DNA of 47,378 bases, taken from the NCBI GenBank assembly GCA_032718475.1, contig JAUCBJ010002175.1, positions 1 to 47,378 on the forward strand, read 5' to 3'. Position numbers and translations under genes: made by a program. Origin of the DNA: Nemertoderma westbladi (lineage: Eukaryota > Animalia > Xenacoelomorpha). The notes under the pieces are model-generated. The model did no database searches, was not told the origin of the DNA, and saw only the letters and a list, made by a program, of their open reading frames with translations. Below, one piece after another: positions 21,987 to 34,916 of the stretch; within the stretch, counting starts at the first letter, position 1, and each line of letters starts with the position of its first letter.

Positions 21987-24207
21987 TACTACTACTACTA
22001 GGTCGAGCGAACTCGGACAGTGGAAATGAGATCCTTCCAGGCTTCCCGATTCTCCATAGTTGTCGCAATTTCGTTTCTCCCAAGTTCAGTATCCCTTTCA
22101 AGTTGATCTATATATGTTATGGCCGGTCGTCCACGACTACGCTTTCAATGAGTTGGTTGCCAGAGAAGTAGATCTGGTATGACCTCGTCTTTACTTCGCC
22201 AGCAGTGCCCACTGAATCTTAATCTGCGTTCACGGAGGGTGGTTGATATAGGTGGTATTGTACCATAAAGTTCGGCGTTTGTCATTTGTTGTCTCCAGTT
22301 GATGTTTAGGGCTGCCCTTAGTAGTCTTGTGTAGCAATCATCAATTCGTTGTTCAAGTGATTTAGTCAGTGTCCAGGTTTCACCCCCATATAAAAATACA
22401 CTTTCCACTGTGGCTCGAAAGAACTTAGTCTTCAGGTGCCTGGAGAGATCTGATTTCCAGATGGTATCCATTTTTGATAGAGCTACCCAAGCCTTTGCTT
22501 TCCTAATTTCTATGTCCTTTTTGCTACTCTCTATCCATGATCCAAGGTACTGGAAGTCATCGACCTTCCTTAGTTGATTATTATCAATGGTTGTCAAGTT
22601 TCCATCAACATTAAAGGTCATGAATTCGGTCTTTGTAGCATTTATATGCAATCCAACCTCCTTAGCAGCCCTCTCCACTTTATTTAGTAGAAGCTGTGCA
22701 TTTGCTGGGGTATTAGAGAGCAGGGCGATGTCATCCGCAAAGTCGGTGTCTGTGACTGTAGTTGCCGGATATCTACTTCTTCTGCGTTCTTGAAGTGTGA
22801 CCGTCCTCATTGCGTAATCCAGCACAATTACAAATAGTAATGGTGCTAATGTGTCACCTTGCAGTACGCCAGCCAGGATTGAGAAAAACTCAGTTTCACC
22901 ATCTGGTGAGAGCACCTGCGCTTCTGTGTCACAATATAACAATCCAATGCCAGCAACAATTACTTCTGGTATTCCATAAGCTCTTAGGATTTCAAGCATT
23001 TTACCTCTATGGATGGAGTCGAATGCCTTCTTGAAGTCCACAAAAGTCATGACAGCGGGGAGATTCTTTGACTTAATTCCTTCAATCAGTCTCCGTAGTG
23101 CAAGTATCTGAGCTATTGTTGATCTACTTGGTCGAAATCCGTTTTGGCTCTTACGCAGTAGTTTCTCTATGTGAGGCCTAATCCTATATAGAATCATTTT
23201 ATTGTATATTTTGGCAGCTACCACAAGCAGAGAGATCCCACGATAGTTTGTTGGTATGCCGAGGTCTCCTTTCTTGGGGAGAGGCTTTAGTTGACCTTTA
23301 GTCCAAATTGGTGGTGGCTTTTCCCCTTTTAACATCCGGTTGCAAACATTAAATAATGGTCTGTTTAGCACTCCGGTTTTCCATACCTCCGCTGGGATTT
23401 CATCTAATCCACTCGCTTTATTATTGGACATGCTTTTGATGCTTCTTTGGAGTTCGGCAGGAGTGAAGTCCCCTGTTTCTATAGGTAGTGTCTTGTCATA
23501 TATTTTCCTTGTAGGGCTGACCTCGATGTTTGGTGGCTGCCCAAGCAAGTTGCTGAAGTGATTTTTCCACTTCCCAACACGTTCTTCAGGACTATCGGCT
23601 TTGAGGCGCCCCTTTGCACAACTTTTCCGACCAGATACCTCATTTACAGTTTGCCAGGTAAGTCTTGATTGTTGCTGTATGTGAGCAGTTGTAATTGCTT
23701 CAGTTTTATCCTGTATGTACTTTTCCTGGCTGATGTTGTAGGCCAATTTAAGATCGTCCTTAGCTTTCTCAACCTTTTTCATGTTTTCGGTTGTTGGTTG
23801 TTCGGTTTTAACTTTGTAGGCTATCTTAAGATCTTCTCTCTTACAAGTAACATCAGAGTTTTGCCATGGCACATATTGTTTTCGTTTGGGTTTCTGGGGG
23901 ATATGCCTCTTAGCTGATTCCTTGTGGGCTGTTATTATATTCTGGTATATTGAATTGGTGGATTGGTCTTCATCCATTGACTGAAGTGCTTCAAAGCGGT
24001 TTTGAACTTCTACTGTATAAGCATCCTTTACAGCATTGTCAGTTCTGAGTTTTTCCCAGTCATATTTGATTTGCTTGCTTGTCCTGGGTTTACTGGCTCT
24101 CAAACTGAGTCTGATCTCTGCAGTCACAATTCTGTGGTCCGAACCAATTAGGTTGAACGAGCTGTATGCCTCGCAGTTGATCATGCTGTTTCTCCACTTT
24201 TTCGACG
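21987..24207 (-). mobile_element. RTE-clade LINE, 5'-truncated, with a (TAG)n tail and 12-bp TSD
   Basis: ORF 22145-24184: end of APE domain (SDHRIV), RT motifs NYRGISLL, QNGFR, DFKKAFDS, GVLQGDTLAP, FADD, YLGS. TSD agcacgaggctc at 21975-21986 and 24208-24219. Premature TGA at 22145; the frame continues KRSRGRPAITYID...RVRST to TAG at 21998-22000. Confidence 0.95.
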
Positions 24208-24364
24208 AGCACGAGGCTCAGTTATGAGACATAAAGTAAAATCAAGCGATTCCAACACAAAATACTGTATGTATTTAAGAAATTAAACAAAACCGCCAAT
24301 CAATAAAAATACAGTAGATGGATAATTGAAGAGTTATCAAAAAAGAAAGACAGGCACCTGGCTG

Positions 24365-27067
24365 TTATCTTTGTGACTTCTTCAAGGCCTTTGATTCAGT
24401 CTCTCGCTCACGTATGTTCAGCATACTTTCATTATATGGGATTCCTGATGAAATTATTGCAGCAATCAGATCAGTGTACGATGGTTCAACAACATTTGTG
24501 TCTAATGTTGATGGTGACACAGAACCATTCGAAGTGTTATGGGGCGTCCTCCAGGGAGACACACTTGCACCATTCTTGTTCATAATTGTGGTTGACTATG
24601 TTCTACGCATGTCCTTAGATCATCATAATGATGATGGAGTGATGGTAACTCCACCTACTGGCTCAAGAAGTCGAGGAAATCCTGCCAAGTACCTAACTGA
24701 TCTAGACTTTGCTGATGACTTAGGAGTACTCTCAAAATCACTATAGGGAGCCCAACGGCTCCTCAGCTCATTAGAACAGGCTGCTTCCAGTGTTGGTCTT
24801 TTTGTCAACTCCCAAAAAGACCAACATTTTGACTGTTAACTTTGAAAGTCCTCAGCAAGTCTCTGATCGGATGAGCATAAGCTCAAAGGATGGTATGCTT
24901 GAGCACGTGGACGACTTCTATTACCTGGGATCATGGACCCGGAAGTCAGGTGAGGACCTTCGACTTCGTAAGGAAAAGGCATGGGCAGCCTTGAATGTGC
25001 TTTCAAGGATTTGGAAGTCACACATACTTCTTCAGTAGTTCCATTAGGCCTACACCTCTCCTCTATGGGAGTCCATGCTGGGCTTTAACTGCTGACAGTG
25101 CCGGATTAAGCATCTGGTGGCCCTAAGGCACATTTTAGTAATTTCCAAAAATGGCCCGAAAATTTATATTTTTCCGCAAACCCTTCCAAAAGAAAAATCT
25201 GCTAAAAGAACTGAAATTGTGAAAATGTTGCGAAGGAAATATAAAGTATTTTCGTTGGATACTGGGTGCAAATAAGTAGTAAGTACTTTAATAATAAAGT
25301 AGGCCTACTTTGCAAAAATAGTTTTCATCAAGAATTGTATCATTACTAAACGGCATATTACGTATGCCTATAAAACCTTGGCTATAAAAAGTGTAATGGT
25401 TTTGGTAGAATTTCTCAAGCTTTAATTTTTAATATACAGTATTAATGGGACCATTACCCCAAATCTATTTGTTTTATTACTATTACTATTACTATTATAT
25501 TTTACTATTCTGAAACTTTAACACAATGATCTGGGATCTTTTATATACTATGAAAACTGAGTATAGATAGCTTCATAAACCGTTTGTTCGAAAAATATGG
25601 CACTTTTTGAGCAGGTCGGTTTTTTCAAATTTAGCTAGGTGCAAAAAAATTGTTACAAAATCGGCTCTAGAAGATCCAAATGGCCATGTTTTACAAAACC
25701 AACGATAGTAGTCCTAAAGCTGTTGGACATTTTGGAATAATGTTTGATAGCAATTGAGTAAAAAATAAAATAGTAGTAAGGAATTTAGTGATGAAAAAAA
25801 GTCAAAATCGACAAACTGATAAAAAGGTTGTTTTATACAGAGAGTCATAAATATCAGCAATATATTATGTTGTTGAAAAGAGCAGTTTTGAGGTCAAAAA
25901 ATAATTCAATCTTGAAAACCGATCTTATGAAAGCCCTTCTATCAAACTACAAAAAATTGTGTAAATTTTCGAAAATTTCATTTCTGTGTGGTTATAGTTG
26001 GCCCCCTTAAGGCTGACTGGCTCCTGTAGGCATTTAGCAATTTTGATCGGATTGTGGGAAATCAGTTATTTATTTGCTGTAGGGTAGGTTTTGCACGGTA
26101 CTTATCTTTACAGGACTTGCTGAGAAATATAACACACCAAAAGTGTGGGCTTTGTGCAAAGATATAATATTTTTTATCTAGATTTGGACTTGCTGAGAAA
26201 AAAATGTTCTCCGATAGAAAACAGTCTCGGAAATAAGTACTTTTTGTCACTAATTTTAATTTACCAAATTCAATTATGCTGCCTAATTATGCTTTTAGGT
26301 TTTTCAGGAAAGGCCATCGAATGCTAAATTCAATACACGAGGGCAGAACATCTCAATTTTGGTTAAATTAAATTAGGGTGAAGAAGTTATTTCTGACACA
26401 TTTTTTTTATCAACAACTATTTTATCTACAACTAATTTATCCTCTTTTTTTATCTATTAGGGCCTATATTTATAAAACTCGTTTCCGGTAAAAAAAATTA
26501 ATTTCGCACTACCATATCTCCACGCCATACATTTACTATGTACAGTATTCCAGTATGTCACCGCGTCATTATTAGGTTGTTCTAGAACGTTTCAGTGCAT
26601 AACTACAAATAATTCCTCACAAATAAATAAAATTAAATTCTCCATTGTTCATAATTAGCACTTTAAAGTTTTCCTGCCCATGTTTTATTATTTCCCTGCC
26701 ATCAGGTCTTGAACTAATAACACAGCACCTGTCGGTCGACTGAGCTAGAATTGTGCACATTTTATCAGAAATTTAGGGATAGAAAGTAGTCGAAAGATGC
26801 ACTTTCTTGCTCTGTTTTCTAAAAATTTTAGTGAGAAAAAATGGGGACTTTTCAGATAAAAATATTTTTTTCACAAGAATGACTTGCTGAGAAAAAATGG
26901 CCCGTATTTTCAGCTGGCCCTAAGGCACGTGCCTTATATGCCTTAAGGTTAATCCGGCACTGACTGCTGAGGAGACCAAATCTCTGTCATGGCACATTCG
27001 CAAGAATGCTACGTACAGTAGGGTTCACTGTGTCAAAGTACAGTGCACACATCTTCAACCAGACACC
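24365..27067 (+). mobile_element. Degenerate RTE LINE RT fragment (second subfamily), split by a hAT insertion
   Basis: DFFKAFDS, GVLQGDTLAPFLF, DLDFADD, FYYLGSW; the reading LLYGSPCWALTA|EETKSL continues across the 25096-26962 insertion; 27029-27066 matches 30834-30870. Confidence 0.85.
25096..26962. mobile_element. hAT-type non-autonomous DNA transposon, 1867 bp
   Basis: 14-bp TIR cagtgccggattaa / ttaatccggcactg, 8-bp TSD actgctga (25088-25095, 26963-26970), subterminal ggccctaaggcac near both ends; no transposase ORF. Confidence 0.9.
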
Positions 27068-27738
27068 CCAATAAATTTATATACTGTAGGGCATTAGGAT
27101 TAATATAGGGCGTAATAAGTAAAAATATAGGGTATATTTCTATGTATTAGACCAGGTTGCAAGGGTGTGAGCGTGAGGAATTAAAGTCTTTTAGCATCAG
27201 AGGACAGACCTGTGGAATTTTATTTTAATTACTTTAATTACAGTAGAAATATAATATTGACTGTTACGGCCGGGTACGCGGGTAGGTCCATTGTGCAGTA
27301 ACCCCTTAAATTGTAATGTAACTTTGATCTAATTTTCTAGTTTTTAGAAGAATGGCAAAATAAAAGTAAAATTAAATAAATTTAATTTTTATTAAATACA
27401 GTACTGTAGTATGCGAAGACAACGATTTGAACCTTGTTTTTTATTTTGAAGTCGCATATCTCCCTTCATCTTTTATGAGCGGATGAGATTTTTGATTGTC
27501 ATAAATTTAAACTTACTTTACATACTTGTACTATTATAATTTATTATTTTGTTTAGTTATCTGGCCTATTTAATAATCAGATAATATTAATTTTCACGGT
27601 AGGCCTACTGTATTACTATTAAGTGTTTAATTCATTTATTAAAAATAATTACCTAAAACCAATGCAGTAATCTGTACCGGTACCAACAAACTGACGAACG
27701 TTACTCTGCAGCATCATGCCGTAGGCAAATTTGCAATT

Positions 27739-27980
27739 GGGGTGTCGTTTCAGCTTTCCCATAGGGTTAATGTTAAATGAATATTGAAAAATGAGTGCCT
27801 AGAAGTAAAAGTTTCACTGTAAACTGTGTTCCTAAATTCAGTTTATTGTTGTGGTTAGAAATGCCTGTTATTATGACTTTCCTTTAAAAGGTACCTTAAA
27901 TCAGTAAATGGTGAATATTTAAATTAAATATTCGCGAAATTAAGTGAATATTATGCTAAAATATGCTGAAACGACACCCC
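27739..27980. mobile_element. MITE-like element with perfect 16-bp TIRs
   Basis: ggggtgtcgtttcagc / gctgaaacgacacccc; no clear TSD. Confidence 0.55.
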
Positions 27981-28653
27981 CCGGGGGGGGGGGGGGGGGG
28001 GGCTGGAGGGCTCTGTTTGTCCACAAAATGGCTCGGCCGCACGAGCTTCTAATGAAAAACTGTGAAACAGGTATCGAATGAAATGTTCTCTAGTTGGTGA
28101 GAAAACAAGTCCCTTAGGGTAGTCGGTTCCTTAGGCCCGCCACTAATGTAGTGTTTAAGTGAAGTTAACCAATACCTTCGTTAACAAATTCCCTTCCCAT
28201 GCCATGGACATTTAAAATTCCATAATATATAAATATACATTGTTATTTGTCCAAGTAATAGTGGCTGGGAGATCAAATAGACCAGTTTTTTGTTCTCTCG
28301 CAGCTTCGTCGAATTTTTAGAGAACCGGAACAGCTCACTCAGGGTACTGGTTTGATGGACAGGTTCGTTTAAAGCCAGCTTGCAAACGTTCTAGTACACC
28401 TTAGACTGTTACAGTATGTCGACATTACACATTTTACTGCATTTTTAGGTCCTTTGTTCATTAGCCTGCATGCTGGCATGCGACTGTCAGATTGTACAGC
28501 AGCCGTACGACAGTACGATACACTGATACAGCGATAGGCCTAACTGATACCAGGATACAGAGATAGGCCTACACCTGTACACCAGATAAGAGTACCTCTC
28601 TGTACCCAGGTACCTACCACCTGACCACAACCAGACAACGTCTGAACGTGACT

Positions 28654-29099
28654 ATGGCGGCGACCAGCCAACGTCAACGTTCTACTCAACATGCTCATTG
28701 CGAAAACTGCAGCGAATCATTCCACATCTTCCGGCGCCGCTTTGCATGTCTCCGCTGTAGCCGGTCTTTCTGCAGTAAATGTCTCCGGAAACTGCACAAC
28801 CCGTTGGGCAAATCAGTTCGATTGTGTTCCTGTTGTTTCGTCCTCAATGGAACGCAGCCAGATAGGGTTGCTATTGGTAACCTTAGAATCCGGGACCTCG
28901 TCTGGTTCCTGGAGAGTAAAGGGATAGACGCGAGGCGTTGTTGCGAGAAACGGGAGCTGGTTGATTTGGTCGTGGATTACTTTAAAGATGAGGAAGCTGA
29001 TGCCATGGAGGAGGGGGTCTGGTCGTCTTCGTCGTCATCGAATGGCGAAGAGAGTGGCGGTGAGATGGAGGTACCTAATCCAGGACCGAGCGAGAATCG
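28654..29099 (+). CDS. RNF34: RNF34/RFFL-family E3 ubiquitin ligase, exon 1 (FYVE-like and first SAP-like domain)
   Basis: CENC...FRRRFACLRC...CSKC...CSCC and LRIRDLVWFL...CCEKRELVDLV; ATG at 28654; donor GTTAGT at 29100, phase 2. Confidence 0.9.
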
Positions 29100-29682
29100 G
29101 TTAGTAGGTAGATTATTCAAAATATTATGTTTATTATTTTGTTTGACTGTTCTGCTGTTTGATATTGATTATTATTTCATATTTGGTTTGATATATATCT
29201 TCAAACAATTTGTGTATATCCATACCTAAGATTGGAGATACCCAGTGCCGCTTCTGACTTATCATAACAGAACAGGAAACGTGCCAATGCCAACATGCTA
29301 CTGCACCTGCTGTACTGCATGCATACTGCAGCTTGTTCAGTTTTCTGCATTGTTTGTGGTACGTTGGTACATTGCAGCAATAATTGTACATACTGCATAC
29401 GGTACAGTCGAAAGCATCATGTCTACCAAAAACCATTCAGCTCGGTATATATATGCTGCTAAGGCTAACCATATTTATTTACATGTTTAAAAGGCTTTAT
29501 CAGTTTATAAATATAAACCACTTCTGTCTGTCTGTTTCAGTGTTTCTTTGGAATAATCACCGTCTTTACGGGTGTATTTAACCTTTATCCTACTGGTATA
29601 ATATGCGGGAGCAGTCCTGCCCTGTTTGACAGATTAAATAGGCCTACAGGAGATCTCCGCGGTGTAGTGTATTAGTGTTCCT

Positions 29683-29976
29683 GTGGGGCGGGCCACGCAG
29701 TCAGGTCAAGCCTTAGCGCACAATTATAATTAGTAAATAGGGCAAATTTTCATGTCCGCCTGTCTGTCCGTCTGTAATGAAAAATTCATTCGTAAATAAC
29801 TTTTGAAGATTTTAACCATTTTCAACCAAATTTTGTATGGGTATACTAGAGAAAAAGTTCCAATATTTTTTAAAGTTACGGGCAAATACCTCTCGAACTT
29901 TTGACTCCAGATCAAATCGAACTTGTTTCGAACTTGCTCAAGTTCGCGTGCTGCGCGACGCCCCACGAACGTGTTC
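29683..29976 (+). mobile_element. HINE-like element in intron 1
   Basis: Start gggcgggccacg...agccttagc, gtccgcctgtctgtccgtctg microsatellite, end cgtgctgcgcgacgccccacgaacgtgttc shared with 43289-43323 and, inverted, with 21952-21986. Confidence 0.6.
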
Positions 29977-30132
29977 AGTGTACTTGAACGAGTGCTGTAG
30001 ACTATAGTAGTAGTGTAGTACATCCAATATTTAAATTTTATATTTGTTAGATGATGTTATTTAAATAATAATATTATGAATTTCAATCAAACATACATTA
30101 ACTAATGGATTATTCTTTTATAAATGTTCTAG

Positions 30133-30235
30133 AACCCAGTTCGAGAGCGGTTCGTCTGTACTTCACCAGGAGGGTGAACTCATCATATCGGCTGCTATGC
30201 GACTATTCGAAGGAATATTCGGAATGGAAGACCAG
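30133..30235 (+). CDS. RNF34: RNF34/RFFL exon 2
   Basis: Acceptor ttctag, donor GTTAGT; phases 2 and 0 are compatible; TQFESGSSVLHQEGELIISAAMRLFEGIFGMEDQ. Confidence 0.75.
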
Positions 30236-30423
30236 GTTAGTGCGCCACATTCGGTAGGACCACATTATACCGGATGCGATAATATATTGCTAATAATATT
30301 TATACTTTATATTACGACAGGACTTTCCAATGATTTAACCCCCTGTTCCCCAACATTCAAGTGCCCCCCCCCCCCCCCCCCCCCCCCCATTCAACATTAT
30401 TCATGTTAATTATTCATGTTTAG

Positions 30424-30623
30424 GACCAATCAGCAGCCGCGACGGGCGACCAATCACGAACCCGTGCTGGTCCCGGCGCCGACCCCGAGGTTGTGGTGGA
30501 CCATTCCGATGACACCGACGACGACGTCTCTCACATTAGCTACTCCTCCTCCAGCAGCGACAGTTCTGGGTTGTCCGCAAGAGGCGCCCCCCAAAACGAC
30601 GCCCCGTCACATCAGACCGATCG
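30424..30623 (+). CDS. RNF34: RNF34/RFFL exon 3 (acidic, Ser-rich linker)
   Basis: Acceptor gtttag, donor GTGGGT; phases 0 and 2; DQSAAATGD...DDTDDDVSHISYSSSSSDSS; GC-rich against AT-rich introns. Confidence 0.78.
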
Positions 30624-30810
30624 GTGGGTTAACTAGACGATTATGTAACACCTTATTGCGTTCCCTTCTATAGCCTCCTGTTCTGATCTTTCTTTTTAAT
30701 TGTGCCGGTATAAGACCTTATTCTTTCACTTTATGTATTATGGAATGTATTTCAGTTAGTCCTAACTGGGATTATTTGAGTAAATACTGTTGTGTAAGCG
30801 AGATCGACTG

Positions 30811-31203
30811 TGTGTGATTTCGACGATTGACATTGTGTCAAGTACAATGCACACATCTCCAACCAGACACTATATAACATTGGAGGTGTCTCATTGGTTC
30901 CCCCAAGCTTCACACTAGAACAAAATCGCCTCCGCTTTGCAGGACATTGCTTTCGCCGTGAGGACCAGCCAGTGCATAATCTTGTACTTTAGCAGCCTCA
31001 TGGAGTGAATAAGCGTGGTGGACAGCCCATGACTTTCTTGAGACGCATCTTAAAGGACAGTGGCCTTAAAGATGCGGATGATCTAGCAAATGTCATGGGT
31101 GATAGGGAGTTGTGGCGGTGCAATTTTGTCGACAAGCCGGCACAGCATTCTTAAAAATGCAGCTGCAATGCAGCATGCCGATTCTAGTAGTAGTAGAGTA
31201 GTA
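30811..31203 (+). mobile_element. RTE LINE 3' fragment in intron 3
   Basis: NRLRFAGHCFRR motif, (TAG)n tail, TSD gagatcgactg (30800-30810, 31204-31214); near-identical to 38811-39040 inverted. Confidence 0.9.
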
Positions 31204-31316
31204 GAGATCGACTGACAGTATCCACAATATTATTAATATTTATGGCAATTTGCTTATCCAGTTTGTTTTGTAAGTGTTCCATCGCTTTATTGTCGTCAAT
31301 ATATTATTTTATTTAG

Positions 31317-31668
31317 AATTGATTTTGGTTCGATAACCACGGAATCGCAACTGGACAATCTTAGTGTCCGCCAACTCAAACTGATTCTCATGTCCCATCT
31401 GGTCGATTACAGTGGCTGCTGCGAAAAGTTCGAGTTGTCGAACAAGGTGAAACAGCTGTGGCGCTCGCGGGTACACGGGCGGGCCGACGCCGAGGAAATG
31501 GCCGTGGGCGACGCCGACTTGTGTAAGATATGTATGGACGCGGTGGTGGACTGTGTCCTCCTCGAGTGCGGACATATGGTGTGCTGTACGCAGTGCGGAC
31601 GGCTGCTTAACGAGTGCCCAATATGCAGACAATACGTGAGCCGTGCAGTGCATACATATCGGTCCTAG
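31317..31668 (+). CDS. RNF34: RNF34/RFFL exon 4 (second SAP-like domain and C3HC4 RING)
   Basis: LSVRQLKLILMSHLVDYSGCCEKFEL...LCKICMDAVVDCVLLECGHMVCCTQCGRLLNECPICRQYVSRAVHTYRS*; the four exons total 1101 nt, 366 aa. Confidence 0.93.
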
Positions 31669-31728
31669 TGCCATAAACAACTAATACATTGTTATTTTTA
31701 TTAATAATTCTTCGTAGAACGCCATTGT

Positions 31729-32459
31729 GTCAGTTCATATAGAAACCAGACAATTCCGGACAGAATTCATTTTGAGAAAATGGAGAATAAAGTTTAAAAA
31801 CTATTTTTACAAAAGTTGTTTTTTCAAAATATGTTTATTTGCATTCAACATAAAAGTTTTGTCGGTCTGTCCGACTGTCAGTCTTAATATTGTCTGTCAA
31901 ATTATTCAATGATTCTTAACTCTTGGGAGGCTGGGCGCATTGAAATTATGGGGCTTTTCTTGGGGTCGCTGATTTCATTTCTGATGTCAGTTTTTGTGTT
32001 TGATGGAGTCAAGACTGTTTTTATGTCTGTCGGACAGACCCGACATACATGCAGACACACATTCAGTCTAGATCTCTTCGAGCATGAAAACTGACATCAG
32101 AAATAAATTATCTGACCAAAAATACCCCCACTACGAAATTTTAGTTAGCTAGAATGACTGGCAGACAGACAGTCAGACAGACAGTCGAACATAGAGTTAA
32201 GATTTACTTTGATTTTTTTGAGCATTTAAATCAAAATTACTATGTATACAAAAACAATTACTGTGGGTCGCAATTACATGTGGGTGGGTTCTAGGGATGC
32301 GACAGAGCTAAAATTGGCGCGGATCTCCGGAGCCGGAGCCGGAGCTCTGTCGCATCCCTAGTGGGTTCATTTGAAAGCAAATTAAAATGCGCTTCTTATG
32401 CAATACATAACTAAACAAGTAATTTTTATCGGAATCGTCTGGTTTCTATTTGCACTGAC
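31729..32459. mobile_element. Non-autonomous TIR element just downstream of the RNF34 stop codon
   Basis: Imperfect 30-bp inverted ends gtcagttcatatagaaaccagacaattccg / cggaatcgtctggtttctatttgcactgac. Confidence 0.65.
32292..32360. mobile_element. 69-bp hAT mini-element
   Basis: 18-bp TIR tagggatgcgacagagct, 8-bp TSD gtgggttc (32284-32291, 32361-32368), internal ccggag repeats. Confidence 0.9.
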
Positions 32460-33344
32460 CTGGACAAATTCGATAGATAAAGATACGGTATTCCAGCTGC
32501 TACCCTAGAGTACCGGTACACTTTTATTGATTATTACATTAAAATGTTAAGCTGATCACTCATAATCTTTGAGGATAATATGTGCATTTAATTTGATTTT
32601 AAATAAAAGACAATGTACATGTACGTACATACCGAAAGAGAAAGATTATTCTATACCAAAGGTGTTGAAATCCCACCACTTAGTTTCCGAGTTGGTCTAT
32701 ATATATCCCGCAAGTACATCTGGAGCCATTATCATATTACATTTATACGCAAACACTGAGGATTCGGAATCAAATGGAGATCTTATTGGAATCCATTGCA
32801 GATGAGATCATTAATGATCTTTAGATTTATTACAACATACATTTTTGTTTTGATTGGGTCTCACCAGTAAACCCCCCATGTGTTACTTAGACGGCCCAAA
32901 AAACGGAAACTAAATATTTAGCTATTGTTTAACCGTTCATAAAGTAAGTAGTAGGCCTACACACTAAATTCTGAATTTCATGCCGTCCACATTATACAGT
33001 AAATATATTATAAATTGGTCATGTCAAAGCCGAGTTGGGATGTGGGGTCCGGTTTACAATAATTAAATATATTAAGATAATTATGAGGAAACCAAAATCA
33101 ACCACGTTATTATAAAACTATAAAGGGGGGATAACAAATTACACAACTTACGAAATTACGAATTTCTAGAAATTGTTTTAACTAAAAAAGCAGCGCGGAA
33201 ACGGGCCTTTAGCCATACATTTTACTATGTATGTCCAGATGTCACCGCGTCATTATTAGATTGTTCTAGAAAGTTCGGTGCATAACTACAAATAATTCCC
33301 CAGAAATAAATAAAATTAGATTCGCCATTGTTCAATAACTATTT

Positions 33345-33483
33345 ACATCATTGTGTGCAAAGTAGGACTTTGCAGCGTTATGACCCGAGTTTATTTATAT
33401 ACCGAGCGAGCGCAGCGAGGGAGGTTTACATAAATAAACAAGGATCTTTAACGCCGAAAAGTGACCTTTGCAAGCAATGATGT
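33345..33483. repeat. Long imperfect hairpin (possibly the end of a Crypton-like element)
   Basis: acatcattg...tgcaaag...ccgagcgagcgcagcgaggg...ctttgca...caatgatgt; same architecture at 36706-36842. Confidence 0.5.
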
Positions 33484-34355
33484 TACATTATCAATAATGG
33501 GCGGCCCACAAGTGCCGCTATAATGTGCAAGCAATTTTGTTACATTATCTCAACTTATCAGCGTTCGGAATGTGAAGAAAGGATTTTATGGATGCTCATT
33601 TATACATTTTAATCATGTAGGGCCTACTATATCGAATATAAGTGAAATTTATTAACAGGTACACAGTATTAATTATACATTTAAATCTAATTAAAGTTTA
33701 TTGGAAGTTATCTCCTGCATGGATGTGATAAATCATTAATCTATCTTCAGTATATACGACTGACTCAGACTGAGTCACCGTCTGTGTCCGTTCAGTTTTA
33801 CCTAACACTGTCGCCATTTTCTTTGGTCATTTTCTCTAAAGTGTCTTCTATTGGACGTAATGGATTACAGTACGAGTAGGGTACACGTTAAACAATTATT
33901 TACATACAGTAGCTAGTCCCGTCACTGCAAACTGGATAATAAAGCAGCAATCATTAACATAAATGGAAATAATACATTCTGGAATACGGTAATTGAAGTT
34001 GTTTCCATGTCATTGATTACTTTACAGCGTTCCGTCCTATAGGCCGTCCTATGGGCGTTACGAGTAATTCACAAGAACGCTGGTCAGGTGACAATGTAAC
34101 TAAGTTAGCACTTTAAAGCTTTTACGGCCATCATGCCAACGCTATATTTTATGAACAATGACGACATTAGTATTTATTTGTATGGAATTAATTTCGCACT
34201 ACCAAATGGCCAGGGCGTCATATTTTCCAACTTTATATCGCAGTGCGACATTATTTCTCAGTGTGTCTCTACGCCATACATTTTACTATGTATTTCCAGT
34301 ATGACACCGCGTCATTCTAAATATAATTACATGACGTCATTCGAATCCACACTAA

Positions 34356-34871
34356 GGCCCCCCTCACACGGAGCAACTTGTTTCTGCAACTTGTTTCTGA
34401 AACTTGTCGCTGGACCCCCTCACACACAGAAACAAGTTGCTGCAACTTGTTTCTGCAACTTGTTTCCGAAACTTGTTTCAGCAACTTGTTGCTGTACCCC
34501 CTCACACACAGAAACTTGTTGCTCAAGAAAATAACAATTATTTCAAAACAAGTAGCTAACATGTCCAGTCATTTATATATAATAGCAAATCACTCCATTT
34601 ATCGAATATTAGCTCTAATCTAAAAATTGGATGTAAGAAAGGTTTTTTAAAAAGTTGCTGGGAATATAACTTCCAGCAACTTGTTGCTGGACCCCCTCAC
34701 ACACAGAAATAAGTTTCGGAAACAAGTTGCAGAAACTTGTTGCTGGAGTCCTCACACACAGAAACAAGTTTCGGAAACAAGTTGCAGCAACAAGTTTGTG
34801 TGTGTGAGGGGGTCCAGCAACAAGTTTCAGAAACATGTTGCAGAAACAAGTTGCTCCGTGTGAGGGGGGCC
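34356..34871. mobile_element. PIF/Harbinger-like foldback MITE
   Basis: Long TIRs beginning ggcccccctcacacggagcaacttgtttctgcaac; flanks TAA and TTA; empty paralogous site ccacac-taa-ctatttt at 35016-35031. Confidence 0.8.
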
Positions 34872-34916
34872 TTACTATTTTACAATTCTAAAAAAATTGA
34901 AATAGAAATTGAAATA

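Noticed and set aside
29100-29229. Hydrophobic C-terminus of ORF 28648-29229 suggesting a transmembrane FYVE protein
   Set aside because: It is read-through into AT-rich intron 1; a phase-compatible splice gives a complete RNF34-like protein
29652-30020. tRNA-headed SINE with a (TAG)n tail around the HINE copy
   Set aside because: Only an A-box-like ggtgtagtg and a short tagtagtag are visible; no B box or TSD
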